In this document: one piece after another, positions 56,601 through 58,311 of the stretch
How the letters are laid out: the number at the start of each line of letters is the position of its first letter
Position numbering within the stretch: position 1 is the first letter of the stretch
Virus record (IMG/VR): IMGVR_UViG_3300045742_000023
Location: 1 to 58,311 of that record
Direction: 5' to 3' (one strand)
DNA from: a virus
Lineage: Duplodnaviria; Caudoviricetes
Length of the DNA stretch: 58,311 nt
Notes under the pieces: model-generated
Seen by the model: only the letters and a program-made list of their open reading frames with translations
The model's database searches: none
What the model was told of the DNA's origin: nothing
Position numbers and translations under genes: made by a program

Positions 56601-58311
56601 AGAAGTTAAGATCAAGCGTCCTACCAAAGAGGAGCGTGAGATTACCTTCCCAGAAAAAGAGAAGACCTTCCTTCTTGAGTACGCTGATCGTATACTTAAA
56701 GGGACAGTAGATAAAAAGATGCTTAAGGAGAGAGTAGAGGCTATGCTTCCTCCCGGCAGCACTGTTGATGTTGATGCTCTAGTAAAAGACACCAAGGGCG
56801 GAGAGGATATCATTGACTCTGTACGTAGGCATATAGAAGACGCACCACGACAAGAGCTGGATACTACGAAATCTCTTGCCGAGCAACAGAGAGAGGCAGA
56901 GGATAAAGTAGCTGCGGATAAAGCAGAGTTTAATAAAGCTAAGGATCGTCGTTTAGTTAAGACGCTAGTTGATGCTATAGTACCTCCGGGTACTGACGTA
57001 GACATAGACGCATTGGTGGCTGACGCTAAGACTACTGAGGACATCGTAAACAAGCTAAGGAATGTAGGTAAGGAGACAGAAACCTCCACCACAGACCGTT
57101 TACCCACACCGTCTGAACGTCAGACAGCTATCAATAAATGGCGTAAGCAGTACAAGCTGGACGATACCTCATTCGCAGGACGTGTATGGAAATATCGTAC
57201 ACCTGAGCAGCGTGCTGAGGAAATAGATCGCTACGATACTACTATTGAGCGTGCTCAATTTGAGCTTAAAAGAGCTTTACAAAAACGTACTATTTCTCAG
57301 CAAGAGTTTGATGCTAGAGAAGCTGTAATACACGCCTCTCAGAAACGTGCCCGTAGAATGAGAGAGATTGTAGGAGCTACTATACGTAGAGATAACGAAT
57401 CCATAGCCTTTCAAGAAGCTACAGAGAAACGTAGACTTGCGGAGGAGACTAGGGTAATCCAAGCTCTTGAGGAAGAGATAGCTCGTGAGGAGGCAGAAGT
57501 AGAGGCACGAGGAATAGCCTCAGAAGAGCAGTTTGAGTTCGTAATGTATGAGACTGATCTCAATCTAACTGAGGAGCAGAAAGCTGTTCGTAAGTTAGAG
57601 GATATGCAGGCTATGCTGGAGCCTTATGATGTAAGGCTTGGTCAAGTACTGCCCCGTAGGGATAGTGATACTGTTGCTGCTGTTACAGAAACAGACGTGC
57701 CTACACCAAGCACTCCTCAAGATATTAAGCAAACCTATGACTTCAACTACTCTAATTTAGGCGGTATACTCAACGAAGTAAACGCTAAGGAAGAGGCTAA
57801 GCGGTCCGCTGAGTTGCGCGAGAAAATAGCTGTAGGTATTTATGGTACCTTCAACGCTACTCGTGACCAAGTACCTAGTATATTCGGTATCACTACTGAG
57901 GTTAAGTCCTCTAAGAAAGGTACTAAGAAGTTAGCTAAGGAACTGGAGGCCCTGTCTACCAAGAACACAAAGGTAGAAGGCTCTCTGGATACAGGTCTTT
58001 CAGTAGAAGCACAGCAGGAGATCAACGAGTGGGTAGAGTTAGGTAACTTGCCTAGTATGCCTATCTCTAAAGAGATTGCTAAGATGGCTGCTGATATGAC
58101 GGTAGCTGACGCACTGGATATGGTGCGTACAAATGCTATGTTCGGTAAGTCTGTGAAGAATACACCGAAGCAAGAAGTACCTCACGAGAAGGTCAAGACT
58201 AAGCCTACTCAAAAAGATGTAGAGCAGGATAGTACTGTATTGGACGTAGAGAGTACCGATCCTGTAGCAAGGTCTACGTTCTCTACAGCAATAGCAATGA
58301 AGAGCTATAGC
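53635..58311 (+). CDS. N-terminal part of giant internal virion/ejection protein (missing from ORF track because it runs off the end)
   Basis: ATG 53635 (MATYEISTPWGRTYEV...), no stop to the end of the window, joins 1..3811 in frame. Confidence 0.85.
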   Translation, partial: MATYEISTPWGRTYEVTSPTEIEDYNLLYNYILENRDELDAQWELDNAENDPSWSEGRVAGFAGGVQRGVGSILEAVEETVAPLAVQGFTGGMAKPEKVDIFGTYDESLRAAEQENRKIQQASMPENKVGRFATEAVDAIAMMMPSVLATVGTGGSATLGYAIMSIPAFGEGYTEGLERSEGDHDAAAIDGVMAVAKEIGSEKLFGVLDNLGMSSGFGKAITSIMAREAGSEMTTEALDALDDYLRHGETRETEQLIYDILYAGVLGAVAGGVIGGVGHLPRHQRNKEDAEIEAALAEGTDRLASRVGDEALGAFGEVETTPVMERVQGPDEFTYEGKTFENLNLDRFGTTLEGDEALLPPTLEELNLSEHENLEDRRTRGHGEFIDRIRDSRAATRAQSYQAWEEVESEVANLPPDAVQSWTTMLDSMESLRAQEQEMFEEMDRLRSERQAEREEKYGSRRAGRFGYALNEEQAAEFEADLQEYNQTYYGNAYGEYGAQTREDAEREGWLPQFDEEVLSIQEDLQETTDTPVIPTVEAEQYLEEAYAYDSVLEDPENQALAVTLRENLAYLRKAAKYKERKKAAINKELDAELKELAPIAEELGEDYSREDLINEINAKRKQEGKKELLDTTRQDTQGWETIALSQDGRVIVQHTGPQGRVLVTWVVGVPNSVRPYFQKVGARRTWRPGHARKSGKAHAAGPHNQWGVPDILKAEIDASAKKVLGRGDINIDLKTESRLNKYKKTLLRSVRSRDRAHAEAVRKAVTAAIATNQALVASGRATPLTQADLSRIKREAIADLTADRAILRDSFKRSAPNMQRTTLIPGLDVDRGVKLYETYIDRNDLKKIKSGKAVSARVYQITEDAQMRILELRPMADFKGYGVFVESVGGLDVAEGKQWRDATGSVDLIPEAIIKANIASEIRENLEIDGGTPNQSIKDNLRKARKAPTQKKEDRAAEVRTLRKELAELKKKETKAKFDKPKAPVQDEEVKIKRPTKEEREITFPEKEKTFLLEYADRILKGTVDKKMLKERVEAMLPPGSTVDVDALVKDTKGGEDIIDSVRRHIEDAPRQELDTTKSLAEQQREAEDKVAADKAEFNKAKDRRLVKTLVDAIVPPGTDVDIDALVADAKTTEDIVNKLRNVGKETETSTTDRLPTPSERQTAINKWRKQYKLDDTSFAGRVWKYRTPEQRAEEIDRYDTTIERAQFELKRALQKRTISQQEFDAREAVIHASQKRARRMREIVGATIRRDNESIAFQEATEKRRLAEETRVIQALEEEIAREEAEVEARGIASEEQFEFVMYETDLNLTEEQKAVRKLEDMQAMLEPYDVRLGQVLPRRDSDTVAAVTETDVPTPSTPQDIKQTYDFNYSNLGGILNEVNAKEEAKRSAELREKIAVGIYGTFNATRDQVPSIFGITTEVKSSKKGTKKLAKELEALSTKNTKVEGSLDTGLSVEAQQEINEWVELGNLPSMPISKEIAKMAADMTVADALDMVRTNAMFGKSVKNTPKQEVPHEKVKTKPTQKDVEQDSTVLDVESTDPVARSTFSTAIAMKSYS
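58164..58311. repeat. Terminal direct repeat / circular assembly overlap, copy 2
   Basis: Matches 1-148. Confidence 0.95.

Noticed and set aside
51030-57107. Long antisense ORFs (e.g. 51030-51767, 56439-57107; also 42009-42542, 44419-45048)
   Set aside because: Shadow frames of well-supported plus-strand genes, with no RBS or recognisable motifs
53635-58311. Giant protein as an N4- or crAss-like virion RNA polymerase using the palindromes as hairpin promoters
   Set aside because: No DxDGD or RxxxKxxxxxxxYG motif found in my translation; left open only for structure-based search

Overview
The window is a complete, circularly assembled lytic dsDNA phage genome of about 58,163 bp; bases 1-148 are repeated at 58164-58311 with one synonymous mismatch. 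The layout is podovirus-like and resembles LUZ24/PaP3/phiEco32-type phages. Two arms diverge at about 27.3 kb and converge on a bidirectional terminator at about 6.0 kb. The minus-strand arm (27.2 to 6.1 kb) carries small early membrane proteins, a peptide-ligase cluster (COOH-NH2 ligase, GGCT, amidoligase, class II GATase, ATP-grasp), primase, helicase, family A DNA polymerase, SSB, exo/endonucleases and nucleotide-metabolism genes. The plus-strand arm (27.5 kb through the origin to 6.0 kb) carries lysis genes, FN3/LamG fibre proteins, TerS, a split TerL, portal, scaffold, an N4-gp56-type capsid, tail and ejection proteins, a ~2779-aa giant protein crossing the contig junction, and three Pro/Gly-rich low-complexity proteins. 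I recognised no RNA polymerase, sigma factor, integrase, tRNA or CRISPR. The top finding is regulatory: three intergenic promoters match the sigmaE/AlgU consensus (GAACTW-N16-TCTAA), each with a CpxR-type GTAAA-N5-GTAAA box just upstream. This suggests replication and late transcription are wired to the host envelope-stress response. A separate 21-bp palindrome (TTGCGTTAACWGTTAACGCAA) occurs seven times in front of early genes. All functional calls come from motif recognition by eye, not database searches.
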